Part shown: positions 1-12,629 of the stretch, piece after piece
Layout of the letters: every line of letters begins with the position of its first letter
How positions within the stretch are numbered: the stretch's first letter is position 1
Source: Paraspadella gotoi
Taxonomy: Eukaryota > Animalia > Chaetognatha
Assembly: GCA_051294375.1 (NCBI GenBank)
Contig: CM119270.1
Coordinates: 15,870,081-15,934,080 of the forward strand
Direction: 5' to 3'
DNA length: 64,000 nucleotides
Position numbers and translations under genes: made by a program
Notes under the pieces: model-generated
Told to the model about the DNA's origin: nothing
The model's database searches: none
The model's input: the letters and a program-made list of their open reading frames with translations, nothing else

Positions 1-906
1 AGATTTGACGGAAGAAAGAATCGGGAAAAACTTCGCAATGACGATGGAATCGAAAATTTAATCACAATAAGAAACCGAAATCTAATAAGAATAAATCTGT
101 AGGACAAAATAACTTATAGAATCAGGAGGAGTCACGCGAAAGTCGAGAATGTGAATCGTGACGGTGAATCGTGACGGTGAATCGAAAGGCGTGAACCTGC
201 AACTCGGGAATCCTTCACCAATGAATTCAATTATCCTTTTTTTTTTTTTTTTTGCTGTGACACGAAAAATTTGATGTTACGAATAATTTTTTATTGAATG
301 CCATAAAAAGTTGATTTTTTAGTTTCTAATTAAAACTTGCGCAGGCCATCCAGTGAGCTTTGGAAGTCACCCTTTGAGAGAGATCACTGTCGCTGTGAAT
401 TTCACGCCGTTCCCGTTCGACATCATTAAATCACTTCCGTCAGAGATCTAATGATTTAATATTTTATCTAATGATCTAATGATCGAATGATCGAATGATC
501 TAATGAACTAATGATCTAATGATCACTCTTTAACAAAATAATTCTATTAGTCGCAAAGTCGAAAGAGGTTCTCCCGATTCAAAGATTCAAAGATACACGA
601 AGTAATATGATATTATATAATAAAATATATGATATATTATATACAATATACAATATGTGTATAATTATAAAGAGAAAAAATGTTAGCGAACGAAAAAGAT
701 TAAAAGATTTAGTTTCGTTTCGCGTTGAGCCAACTTAAATGGAATAGTTAAAAGAAAAGTAAAACCTGGGCCGCATCTCCCCTTTAGTCTTTATCGCCAC
801 AATTTTTTTCTTCTTTTCTTTTTTCCTCCTTTTTTGTTGTTATTTTGCCTGGAGCCAGAAACTTTGCTTCAGTTGGCGTCTCTGTGTGTTTATGCGCCTT
901 TTTATC

Positions 907-991
<85 letters not shown>

Positions 992-2039
992 TCCTCTATT
1001 TCCTATCTTCCTCTTCTTTTTTTTTCTTTTGTGTTATTCATCTCTTTCCTCCCTCTCTTTCTTTCTGCTCACCTGTATGTTTACCCTCTTCTACTTTCTT
1101 TCTCTCTCTCTTTCTCTGTCTCTCTCTCTCTCTCCTCCTTTCCTCTTCCTAGATTTCCTTCCCCGACAATTTCGCATTTGTTTGTTTACTTCGTTTGTTT
1201 TGTTTTGTTTTCTGTTTGCTTTTCCTCAAAGTCGAGTAGACGGGTCCGCCCGAAATAAAAAAAAAAGGTAAATTAAATATAGGCGCCTTTTGTTTATTTA
1301 TTTGCTTAAATTTAAAAGCGGTTTTCTCCCCTTTTAAACGACTTTATTACCCACCTCCCCAACTATTTTTTTTATTCCCGGCTTCATACGATTATGATTT
1401 CAAAATTCAATTTCGAATAATTGTTTTTAACGCGATTCAACCATGGCAATTAGCGTTTGCTGCCAGAAATGGCAATCGTTATTGCAACCAACGTCTAAAT
1501 GTTCCGCTCAAGCGCATCGAGCGTTGAATGTTTCGTTGCACGAACTGAGTTTACGTCAGAAATGAATTGATCGCGAGCCTTTGACTCGGGACCGTAACCA
1601 TGGAAACAATTAAAAGGCAATCCAATTGTTGTTCGATGCTTACAAGCAAAGAAGTGTTAGCCGCTTACGTCAATAAAATCTCAAGACTGCAGAAGCAGTA
1701 AGAGCTCATTTTGTCGACTGATATTGGAAACTCAAAATGAGAAAATCGAGAAAATTAATTAATTTTGAAAGAAAAAGTCTGGTGAAAAAAAAAACTGAAT
1801 GCAAAAAACAAAAAGAAATAAAAGGATTGAAAAAGAGAAAAAATTAAACAAATTAACAAACTAGTATTATGAAATTGGTACAACCAATACAAAAATTATC
1901 CATTCATTTCAGTTAAAGAATAAAATTATAATAAAAATATGTTTAATCTGCTGCTACTGGTTTTTTCTGAAAGGGATTTAAAAATTTTAAAAACCTCGTC
2001 ATCTCTTTCCCCCCCCCATGCTTTCTGCTACTCGTAACG

Positions 2040-3660
2040 CGTCTCTATCTTACCTCTTATCTCATCACTGCTCTTTTCTCTCTCTCTAACCTCTCCTGCT
2101 TTACCCTGCTCAGCTCCTCTTTCTCTCTTCTAACCCTCTCTGCTTTACCGCTCTCACTCTTCTTTCTCTCTGCTATCCTCTCTGCTTTACCTCTCACTCT
2201 GCTTTCTCTCTCCTTATATTTGGATTTCCCTCTCTATCTTTACCACTCGTGCATCTTTTCGGTTCTCTCTAGTTCCTCTCGATTCTTATTCCCTCTTCAC
2301 TCTGCTTTCTCTCTCTGAGGACCCTCCTCTCTTTACCGGCTCCTCACTTGCTTTTTCTTCTCTACCGCTCCTCTCTTTCCGTCTTCTCACTGCTCTTTCC
2401 TCTGTCTCTACCGTCTCGTCTCTTTAACGCACTCGTCACTCTCTTTGCTTCTCTCTTACCCGTTCTCCTTTACCTCTCACGTGCTTCTTTCTCTCTCTAC
2501 CCCTCCTTCTCTCTCTCTCTCTCCTTACCTGCTTCTTTACTCTCTCCTCGTTTCTCTATTATCGCCTCTCTCTTTACCCTCTATCTCGTCTTTTCTTCTA
2601 CGCCTCTCTCTTTACCCTCTACGTCGTTTCTTTCTACCTCTCTATACCCCTCTCTCTCTTGTCTTACCCCTTCCTCCTTCACGTTCTCTTTCTCTCCTCT
2701 ACCTCTCTCTTTAACGCCTCTCACTCTCTTTCGTCTCTCGTTACCTCTCTCTCCTTTACCCTCTCAACTCTCTTTCTTCTCTCTAAGTGTACCTTCTGCT
2801 CTCTGTTGACCTCTCACTCTCTTTCTTTCTCTCTCACCCTTTCTTTACTGCTCACTTCTTCTTCTACCTGCTTCTTTCTCTCAACTTTTCTTTAACCCTG
2901 CTCTCTTTTAGTCCATGCCCTCTCACTCTCTTTCTTCCTTCTCTACCCGTCTCTCTTTACCGCTCTCACATCTCTTTCTCTCTCTAGCCTCTCTCTTTTT
3001 ATCCGCGTGCTCTAACTGCGTCTTTGCTCTCTCTATCCCTCGTATCTCTTTACCCCACCTCTTCTCTCTCTAAACTCCCTCTCTACTTTACCCTCATCAA
3101 CTCTCTTTCTCTCGCTACCGCTCATCTCAAAAGGTAGTGAGCATGTTTCTTACGTCCACCTCTTTCTCCCTTACCTGATTTCCTCTCTTTAGCTTTCTCA
3201 CTCTCGTTTTCTCTCTCTAGGTCCCTCTCTCTTTACCGCCTCTGCACTCATCTTTCTCTTTCTCTAGTATCCCTCTTCTCTTTACCTGCTCCTGCACTCT
3301 CTTTTCTCTCTCTACGCCTCTCATCGTTTACGCCTCTCACTTGCTTTTCTTTCTCTCACCGTGCTCCTCTCTTTACCATGTCTCTCACTGCTCTTCTCTT
3401 GTCTTCCTATTCCCTCTCTCGTCTTTACCCCGTCACTGGGTTTTTTTTTTGGCAGGTCTCTTTCTCTCTCTACCCCTCTCTCTTTATCCCTCTCGACTCT
3501 CTGTTCTTGCGTGCTCTAAAGCCCTTCTCTTTTAAGCGCCTCCTCACTCTCTTTCTCTCTCTACCACTCCTCTCTTTAACCGCTCATTGCACTCTCTTTC
3601 TCTTCTCTACCATACTCGTCCCTTCCCTCTCACTCTCTTTCTCTCTCTAAAGCCCTCCTC
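2040..3660. repeat. CT-rich minisatellite of about 36-38 bp (noisy); cleaner copy at 18440-18885 and remnant at 5538-5575
   Basis: Recurrent unit ctctctctttaccctctcactctctttctctctctacc. Confidence 0.85.
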
Positions 3661-6505
3661 TTTAAAACCGCTCTAGTGCACTATACTCTAGGCTAACGAG
3701 ATAGTTTTTCTGACGAAATTCTCTTGGCCTATAAAAACACGAAGGGGTTTGGTAATATCTATTGTAATATGCATATGAAGGTAAACAAATTACAAAATAA
3801 CAACGCCAGGGAGTGAGAGAAACGTTTCCTCCTTCGGAGCCACGGGCTAAAACACCGAAAGATTTTTCGCGACAGAATCGACGAAAGGTTACAATCGTTT
3901 TTAATTGTTACAAAGAAAGAAAAGTGGGTCATTTCTAAAACACTGGCCGAGATGTTCTTTTGGGTTGGCACCAGAGTATCTGACACGCAGCCCTCCTAAA
4001 ATATAATTAATTAAGAGTTACTAATTACTATTAATTAGTTCAAAAAAAGAAAACGAAAAAGAAATAGAGGACGGAGCAATAAAACAAAGTACTGAACAAT
4101 AACACGTGGCTCAGGAGAAAATAAAAAATAAATGCAAACTAAATAATTAGGATTAAAAACAAGTTGGATAATGTGCTAATAGTTATAAACTAGAGGACAA
4201 GAGACGGGGCGTCATAAATTAAAACATTGTGTCTGAGAATAAGCCGGCTATAAGCAAAGGTAAAAATAGCAATATCAATAAATGATCAATACTAAAACGC
4301 AAATTTGGCAAGCTCAAATGTGAAACAACTAAAAATGTTTAACATATTTCTCTTGGCAAACCTCAAGCCTAACTAGTCTGACGGACGTTCGTAACGCCAT
4401 TGTTTTAACTTAGAACGGATTCTGTTGAAATATGAATTAGACTCAATTATATAGGGCAATCTAATATACTCAATTTTAATTTCAAAATTACTTTTGGCTA
4501 CTTAACTATCCAAACTATATTGATGCAAAAAAAAGTTCTGATCTAAATTCTTTTATCAAGTGTGCCGTTAGCATCCACTATGGGATCTCGACATGGGCTG
4601 CCAAGAAACCTAGACTTAGGACATCGGGATCCACTGTGTGTTGTTACGCCTGTTGATATCCGTGGTGCCGTCTGAAGGCTTTAAAATTAATTAAGTGATG
4701 AGCATTGATTGATCAAGATTACAAATCGGATAAAATATAAAAATAAGTGGTTGATATTGACCAATGATTTCTAAAATGATGACTACATAAATCTTTTAAC
4801 GGACGAAGGTATAGTGATGATAATAGATATGAGTATAATTTGATACTGTTACTGTCGTTGCCTAAGAGTAAACATAATGTGATAGAAGTCAGTCCGCGCA
4901 GATTCTAAATGCGGAAGCTCACGCTAAATTTCAACCGTATCGGGTCGGATTAGAGTTCTTTTTATATGAGTGTATATCATTCACAAAATAGGATGGCATT
5001 TAATTTTACTGTAAATGAATAGACTACTAACAAATTAAACTATTAATTAAATTAATTAACTTTGGCATCCACTGATTATGTACTTTAGCCGTCACATAAA
5101 TATGTGACGCTTTGATCTATCGTCTAAATGATGACCTGTTACTCTGTAACCTTTTGACTTTGAGCTTTGGTCAGCCAGACGGGGTAGCAGCGCCCGCCTG
5201 TATTATGAAGGTCAGTTCAGTCTCTGTCCACTATGGTACATACGTTGCAATTTCAAAGTATTTGTTTCAAAATTTTTTAACATGTCACATCCATCCTGTC
5301 TCATTTCAAAAAATTATATGCATCAAAAAAATATATTATTATAATTATTATCTAATCAATACAGTTACTTTATCACTATAACTGACATTTTAATATTATT
5401 ATTTCCTTTCAACATTGTTATAAACAATTATGTAATAACCAATTAAATTTGGAAAAAAGTAACCTGCATTCTATTTATTCATGAATAAATTAAGATTTTT
5501 AAAAATTTTCTTNNNNNNNNNNNNNNNNNNNNNNNNNTCTCTCTACCCTCTCTCTTTACCCTCTCACTCTCTTTCTCGTGACAGCGTCTGTAATCAATGT
5601 TTGGTTTGGGCTCTGAGGCTTTCTGCATAAATCAATAACCAAACAAAAAGTGTTCCCGCAAAAATAATAATATAAAAAAACATAACAATTTGTATCATTT
5701 TTTTCCCTATTTTTTTTTTTTTTTTCTCGCTATTTTTTTGTTTGCAGAAACGAAATGGAACATAAAATCCAGAAGAAAAAAGAATGACCGACTAATGGCA
5801 TTTTTTTTTTTATTCAACCGAATTCATTCATTTCCAGCTGAATAATATTTTTATATTTATGAAGACTTAAAAATATCATCATCTTATGCAAATAAGCTGT
5901 CAACAAGGAGAGAAAAGAGGGAAAATAGATTTATAAAAGTTTTTTAAAATTCATTTCTCATTTTTTTTAAAAAATAATTTCTCTCAAGAGATTTTTCTTT
6001 CTGTCCTTTCATCTTTCTGTCTTAGTATCATTCCCCTTCTATTTCTTTCTTTTTCTCTTTCTTTTTACACTTTGTCCTCGTCGTCGATTTAATAAATTCA
6101 TAAAATCTGACAGAAACTTTTTATTTCCTCTCATCAAACTTCACTCCTGGAAAAAGTCGATGTTTGTTTTTAAAGTTCGCCAACTTTTTTAAAAACTTAA
6201 CTCTTATAATTTTGCATCATTTTCTTCCTCAAACGTACGATGGTTTTATTGTCCGGGTATTATTACTTTGTCAGTCTGTCGGCCTGTCTATTTTTCTGCC
6301 GGTTCACTTCTCGATCCATATTTCGTCCACCTCTGCCTGTTAGCTTTAAACCTGCAGCTGAAATAGTTTTATTTAGTTAGTTTAACCCTTACATTCCAAC
6401 GACCCTCGACTAAAATTGTTTTCCACCTTGCCCACTTCAGTGTCCCCATTATAACTTAACCTCCCCACTTTCCCCTTACCAAACCCCGACCCCTTACCCA
6501 CCCAG

Positions 6506-6685
6506 AGATGCAAGGAGGCACTTACTTCTTCAGCTGCGTCCGCGAAGGCGACAACGTTCTCTTCGCCTGCGACGAGGAAAGCGACCGTCAGCTTTGGATC
6601 CTCGCCATCTATCGGGCGACGGGGCAAATCCACAAACCGCTTCCGCCCCCGACGGCCAATTCGCAGCTCTCCCGGCTGCAAGGGG
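6506..6685 (+). CDS. CADPS: CADPS/unc-31 (Ca2+-dependent secretion activator) internal exon, end of PH domain
   Basis: cccag| acceptor and |gtgag donor. Translation EMQGGTYFFSCVREGDNVLFACDEESDRQLWILAIYRATGQIHKPLPP matches recalled CADPS [45 protein letters not shown]. Confidence 0.93.
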
Positions 6686-6827
6686 GTGAGTGTTTAGAGT
6701 TAGGTGAGGGAGAGAATATGGTTTGAGAAGCCATGAAGCAGATTCACGGATAGAGCAGATTGATCGAGAAACCATCGACTCTTCATCTCTTACTCTCTCG
6801 ACTTACCTGACCTTACCCACTCATCAG

Positions 6828-6964
6828 ATTCCGAACGAGCGAAGAAACACGGGATGGACGAGTACATCTCCGCCGAACCCGCCAAGTTCGATCACCACGA
6901 TCTCTTTCGGACGCTGCAGAGCCTCACCCTCGACGTCAGACTCGCCGACGCCTTTTGTTCGATG
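6828..6964 (+). CDS. CADPS: CADPS/unc-31 next internal exon
   Basis: Follows a phase-1, 142-bp GT-AG intron. DSERAKKHGMDEYISAEPAKFDHHDLFRTLQSLTLDVRLADAFCSM|gtaagt matches recalled [45 protein letters not shown]. Confidence 0.93.
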
Positions 6965-7064
6965 GTAAGTTCGACGAGTGAGATCCGGATTAAGCCTCAC
7001 CTCTTTTCCAATTCAATCGGATTATATTTCGAGAGTGGAAAATGTCTGAGGATGATTTTTTTTT

Positions 7065-7702
7065 AGTTGGACCGCGAGTACTCGCGGAGCAACTCTATAA
7101 GTCACTTTTGGTTCGGTATGTCGGTCGGTCGGTATGTCGGTTGGTATGGATGACCGTCGGTCTGTCCCACTTATGTTAAAAATGCATATAATTCGCCTAT
7201 AGTTAGTTTCTCATTTGTTAAGACAGGAAAAAACCTCAAATCAAAGGGACTGCAAGCGCCGCATTCAGAAAATCCTAAAACTGTAAAGAATAAAAGACTC
7301 GCAAGTCTTAAATACAAGGGCTAAGAAAGTTTTTTACTCATTTTATGTCATGTCATGTCATGTCATATCATGTGATCAAAAGGAAATACACGTGAAAATA
7401 AAGTCGCTGCGGCGCAACTCATTGGAATCACCGTTCTTGTTTTTTTTTTCGTTTTTGAGATACGCAGATACTTTTTGTACATGACTTGGGGGGGAAAACA
7501 AATCGGACAGATAGACAGAGACAGACAGACGGACAGACGGACAGTCGGTCGACGTGGGAGTTGATGTCTAAATTTCACTACAGCCACATACAGATGCTTC
7601 GTTCTCCGACGCAATCCTTTCAATCTTAATCATCTTGGTTGTCGGCGCCAGCGGACCCCACGGTTCGGCCAGCGACCAGCGTTGGTCCATCGCGCTTCAT
7701 TT
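7065..7702 (+). mobile_element. Non-autonomous Helentron-associated (HINE/DINE-1-like) element; duplicate at about 20396-21043
   Basis: Starts in a T-run with the hairpin agttg.ccgcgagt/actcgcgg.caact followed by ctataa, then (GGTC/GGTAT)n and (GACA/GACG)n microsatellites, and a GC-rich 3' end before a T-run. Confidence 0.5.
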
Positions 7703-8452
7703 TATGAAAATATTAATTGCTGTTTGACTGGTTTGACTTTCAATGTCTCTTGACATTGAGATTGCAGATGGGTTTAAAACTTGAGAAGGGGAAACTTTAG
7801 ACAACCACCTGGGATATTTGATCACCATACAGATAAACTGGTATACATTGAAACAGCGAGCCTCAGTTCAGCATTTGATTAATATTATATATATAATATA
7901 ATATATAATATTTGCCGTAAATTTAAAACAATGAGTAACACATATAAATTGTTTGTAATAACTGATTCGATTCAATTCGTTTGATACAATGACATATAAT
8001 CACCATGTATGAAACACCGATAATAAAATGGGATGGATTGAGAGAGATAGAAAGAGGAAAGGAGGAAAAGACGATGAGGAAGGAAGAAGAAGATGAGGAG
8101 GAGAAGGAGGAAGAGGAGGAAGAAGTAGAGGAAGGGAAGGAAAAAGGAGAAAGGAAGGGAGGAAGAGGGGCAAGGGATAAATAAAAATACGAACAAGGAT
8201 CGACCCGCGATTGGATATATAATTTTATGAATTACAGTGCGACCCCCTACAAAAGTTAAACCAATCGAAAGGATTTTTTTCCAATTTTTTTTTTTTTTTT
8301 TTTTTTTTTTTAGCAAAACGTGACTTTAGCCTTATCGCTAGAAATGAAGATAAAAATTGAGAAAACCTTGATTTTCATAAATAGGAGAAACCCATCCATA
8401 TATTGACCAAATAATTTTCTGTTCTTTCGCCAAACCGAGAATTGAAATTTCG

Positions 8453-8932
8453 TTACGATTCGTGACTCTTAAAATTGAAAGCCTTGGAGATCGTGGATTT
8501 GGTTCCTTTGAAGATTTTGGGAAATTTGTTCGAACTCAAAACGACGCCGAGTTCTTCCGGCGTCAGGTGTTCCATCTCAACGTCCCAAGCGGCGTCGACG
8601 TTGTCCTCCCCTGCTCCGCCGCCGCTTCCGCTGCAACGGCTGACGTTCCGCCGCAGCGTCTCGAAAAACTCTTTCGCGTCGGAGGCTGCTTTGTTATTTC
8701 CGGCGGTGACGGCCTGAAAGACGCAGAGACGCCCGGCGCGCGTCGGCTCCGGCGTCGTCGGCGTCTTCGGCGGCGCCGCAGAGTCCGGGGCGTCCTCTGG
8801 GGCGTCGGCGGGGACGAAGTCGGCCAACTGCGGCGTCGTTGTTGCAGTCGTTGTCGTTGTTGTCGTCCGCAATGAAAAGGTGGGACCTCCGTGTTCTTTG
8901 TGAACGACGGCGAAGGTCGGTTTCGTGTCGTC
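8453..8932 (-). CDS. ECT2: ECT2-like RhoGEF terminal exon (end of PH domain plus basic tail), clean copy
   Basis: tttcacag| acceptor; DDTKPTFAVVH...RLCVFQ...KEFFETLRRNV...KIFKGTKSTISKAFNFKSHES* resembles recalled NAFALLV...VLLSFQ...KENWLKMLCRHV...AIKKTSKKVTRAFSFSK. Confidence 0.8.
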   Translation of the reverse strand, partial: DDTKPTFAVVHKEHGGPTFSLRTTTTTTTATTTPQLADFVPADAPEDAPDSAAPPKTPTTPEPTRAGRLCVFQAVTAGNNKAASDAKEFFETLRRNVSRCSGSGGGAGEDNVDAAWDVEMEHLTPEELGVVLSSNKFPKIFKGTKSTISKAFNFKSHES

Positions 8933-9554
8933 CTGTGAAACCAATCACGGTTATTTTACTAATGACCCTTCGATGAGATTTAAAATAATTTAAAATCAAG
9001 TGATTAAATCCGTTTTAAAGAGCTTTTGCGATGCAAGAGCTGAGAAACACCCCCCCCCCCGCAGTGCAATATAGACGGTAGACTGCAGAGGCGAAAGAAG
9101 AGGAAGAGAATTCTAGACTTAGAAAATTTTCTCTTCCGTTAAGCAAAAAAAAAAAAATATTTAAAAAGAAAAAAAAAACGAACGAACGAAATTTCCCGAA
9201 ACGCGTCCCCCCCTCTTCCGATATCACCCACCCCCCTACTCCTTCACCCCCCCACCCCCTTCCATAAAAAAACTGTTGACGCGCAAAAGTCGTAAGTTTA
9301 GACGATCGGCTTTTCGCACCTGCCGATGCATTAAGAGCAGGTGCCATCTGCGCTAACAGGTTAAATATCAGAGAGGGTGATATACCGGGTGATATCCCAG
9401 TCAAAAAGCCTAAAAGGTTATATTTAGGTTAAATTGTACAAGATTAGAAAGGGATTTAAATTAATAAATTAGCTTTTGTGGACGGAAAAGGTGACGTCTT
9501 AAACTGACGATCATGTGGAGATTAAGAGACAAATGCCACTCTTGTTGCGGTCAC

Positions 9555-9646
9555 CTGATGCTGATGGTTCCGTCAATAAAAAATCTTTCACGTCTCATAA
9601 GAATCATCATTTTTTTCGTTCGCCATTGGACGATAACATCTCGCTT
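9555..9646 (-). CDS. ECT2: Probable ECT2-like PH exon 3 (internal indel errors)
   Basis: ggcag| and |gtgac boundaries; 92 nt exactly bridges phase 1 to phase 0. Contains an in-frame stop as assembled, and the two copies differ by indels here. Confidence 0.55.
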
Positions 9647-9973
9647 CTGCCAATTCTCCTCTAAACATAAATACATATAACTACATATGACATACACAAT
9701 GCAAATAACTACATACGCATATCTACAATATAAAACTAAAACTACATATAAAACACTTCCTGGGTGAATTTGGCAATTTCCCATCAGCCCTTTTCGGAGG
9801 TCGTTGCCTCATTTGCAATACTTGTTTGATTAACGGATCTTAATCAGTTTCTTCACCACTTTTCTCTCTCTCTCTCTTCTCTCTCTTCTTCTCTCTCTCT
9901 CATCTCTCTCTCTCTTCTCTCTCTCTCTCTCTCTCTCTCGTCTCTCTCTCCCCTCCTTTCCATCTTCTCCAAC

Positions 9974-10104
9974 CTGCATCTTTGGGCCTGACGAGTGCGA
10001 GATTCTCATTCAACTTCAAGGGAGAAGAATTGTACGGCGCCTTGGCCACGCCCCCCACGCGAGACTTGGACATCCGGCGCCGCTTGCAGACCGCGAGGGA
10101 ATCG
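9974..10104 (-). CDS. ECT2: ECT2-like RhoGEF, PH domain exon 2 (clean copy)
   Basis: ttcag| acceptor, |gttgg donor; continues TLFLFN as DSLAVCKRRRMSKSRVGG, resembling recalled DCLEIARKRHKVIG; 131 nt, phase 2 to 1. Confidence 0.82.
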
Positions 10105-10344
10105 CTGAAGAGAGAGAGGGAGGAGGAGGAGGAGGAGAAGGAGGAGGAGGAGGAGGAAAGGGAAAAAAAGGAACAGTTGAAGAAAAGGAGAAAAGAAAAT
10201 AATGAGTGACAAGAAATAAATAATGAAAACAGATGATGCGATTAGTCGGATTCGGATGAGAGAGAAACAATGATACAGATGGTGAAAGGAGAGGAGAAAA
10301 ATGGGGGAGAGGGATACGAGAGAGAAAGGATGTTCATAGGGAGA

Positions 10345-10662
10345 AAGGGGTTTCGGGGGATTTCAGAAATTCATTGGTTTCGGGGTTTCTAGACTTTGAG
10401 ATTTGGAGATATTCGAGGTTTCGGAACCTTAGGGTTTTGGGATCTCGGGGTTTGAGGCTTCGGGGTTTTGGAATCTCAGGGTTTCAGGGTTTCGGGACCT
10501 TTGGGTTTCAGAATCTCAGGGTTTCAGGGTTTTGGAGTTTGGGGTTATGGGGTTTCGGAATTTCAGGGTTTCGGGATCCTGGGGTTTGAGGTTTCGGGGT
10601 TTCAGAACCTCGGGGTTTTGGAATATCGCGGTTTTGGGGTTTTGGAATCTCAAGGTTTTGGG
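10345..10662. repeat. Degenerate G/T-rich repeat (GGGTTTC/GGGGTTTT); copy at about 23700-24020
   Basis: Dense tcggggttt, tcagggttt and ttggaat units in an ECT2-like intron. Confidence 0.8.
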
Positions 10663-12629
10663 CGGACTCCATCTCCGTTTTCCGATTTCTCTGCCTCAAC
10701 TCAATTTCGATAAAAAGATTTCGTCCTGGGAATTTTCCCCGAGTCGTCCTTTTTCGTCGTCGTCTCCGTTTTGGTCGTCGTCGTCGTCGTCGTCGTCGTC
10801 TTCGTCGTCGTCTTCGTCGATTTTGTCGTTGTTATCGTTGTTGTCGTTATCGGTATTTTTTCCTCACTGTCGTTGATTTTCTTCGCCATCGTCTTTGTCT
10901 TCTGCATTTTGGTCATCAGACTTTTTATGAAGCAGAATTAGTCTTATCAGGACAATTACGTCGTCGTCGTCGTCGTCGTCTTCGTGGTCGTCCTCATCGT
11001 CGTCATAAATCGTCGTCGTCGTCGTCGTCGTAATCATCGTCGTCGTCCTCGTGATTTTTTTTCGTCCTTCACAGCGAAGAAATCATGAGAATCTTTATCG
11101 TCTTTTTTCTTCGTCGATGTCATTATCAGTCCCGCGACTCGTCCGCCTCTGCAGGGATTTATCGTTTGTCATTAATGACAAGGTTGCGGATGTCATTAAA
11201 AAAAGAGAGAGAAAAAGAGACGGTCAATAAAAACAGTTTGCAGAATAAGCCGGCAAAGCAAAGTAAAATAGGCAATATCATAAATGATCAATCAAAACCA
11301 AATATTGGCAACTCAAATGTGAAACACTAAAAATGTTTAACATATTTTCCTGGCAAAAACCTCAGCCTAAACTAGTCTGACCGGACGTTCGTAACGCCAT
11401 TGTTTTAACTTAGAAATCGGATTCGATATGATTAGACTCAATTAATAGCAATCTAATAACTCAATTAATTTAAAAACTTTTGCTACTAACCTATCAAACA
11501 TATTGATGCAAAAAAAAGTCTGATCAAATATCTTTTATCAGTGTGCCGTTACACCACTATGGAATCTCGACATGGGCTGCCAAGAACACTAGACTAGGAC
11601 ATCGGATCACTTGTGTTGTTCGCCTTGATATCCGTGGGTGCGTGCTGAAGCTTAAAATTATTAAGTGATGAGCATTGATTGATCAAATTACAAAATCAAT
11701 AAAATATAAAAATAAGTGGTGATATTGAAATGATCAAAATATACTACATAAAATCTTTTACGGACGAATAAGTGAATGATAATAATTATACATTTGATAC
11801 TGTTACTGTCGGCAGAAACATAAGTTGAAAATCAGTCCCGCAATTCTAAATGCGGAAGTCACCAATTTCAACCGTATCGGTATTAGAGTTCTTTAATATA
11901 TGAATCATCAAAATAGGATGGCATTTAATTTAATGTAAATGAATGACTACTAACAAATTAAATATTAAAAATTAATTAACTTTGCATCCATGATTATTAC
12001 TTTAGGCCGTCACATAAAATAACGTTGATCAATCGTCAAATGTACCTTTCTGTAACCTTTTGACTTTTGACCTTTGGTGCACCAACACGGAGTCAGCGCC
12101 GCTGTATTAAGAGTGTTCAGTCTCTCACTATGGTACAACGGCAATTTCAGTATTTTTTCAAATTTTTTAACATGTACATCCATCCTGTCTCTTTCAAAAA
12201 ATTAATGCATCAAAAAAAAAATATATTATTTAATTATTATCAATCAATACAGTTACTTTATCACTATAACTGACATTTTAATTTATTATTCCTTAACATT
12301 GTTATAACATTATGAATAACAAAATTAAATTTGGAAAAGTAACTGCATTCTATTTATTCCATGAATAAATTTAAAGATTTTCTTTTCTTTTACAAAAGAA
12401 CAAGACACAACAACGCGTGCAAGGCGTGAAGAGTATATATGAAAAAGCAACGTTGAGGGATGTGCAGCATATAACAGGAAAGCACCAAAACAGTGTAAAA
12501 AAATATTTTATCATCTTAACATTTCATTTTAAATAGTAATCCATAAAATTTATTTAATCTACGAGTTGTAGTTTTATTTTAAATCCAAAATATTTCCATA
12601 TAACTTTTAATAAAATGAAAATACGTGAT

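Noticed and set aside
834-3650. Leu/Ser/Phe-rich ORFs that look like membrane proteins
   Set aside because: They are translations of (CT)n and the CT minisatellite; the same applies to SLSLSL/RERERE ORFs throughout the window.
8462-8875. Plus-strand ORFs
   Set aside because: Antisense shadows of the ECT2-like terminal exon.
10700-11150. Asp-rich or Thr-rich minus-strand ORF fragments with an apparent acceptor near 11148
   Set aside because: Built from (GTC)n microsatellite that is common in non-coding DNA here, contains stops, and is not needed for the ECT2 exon phases.
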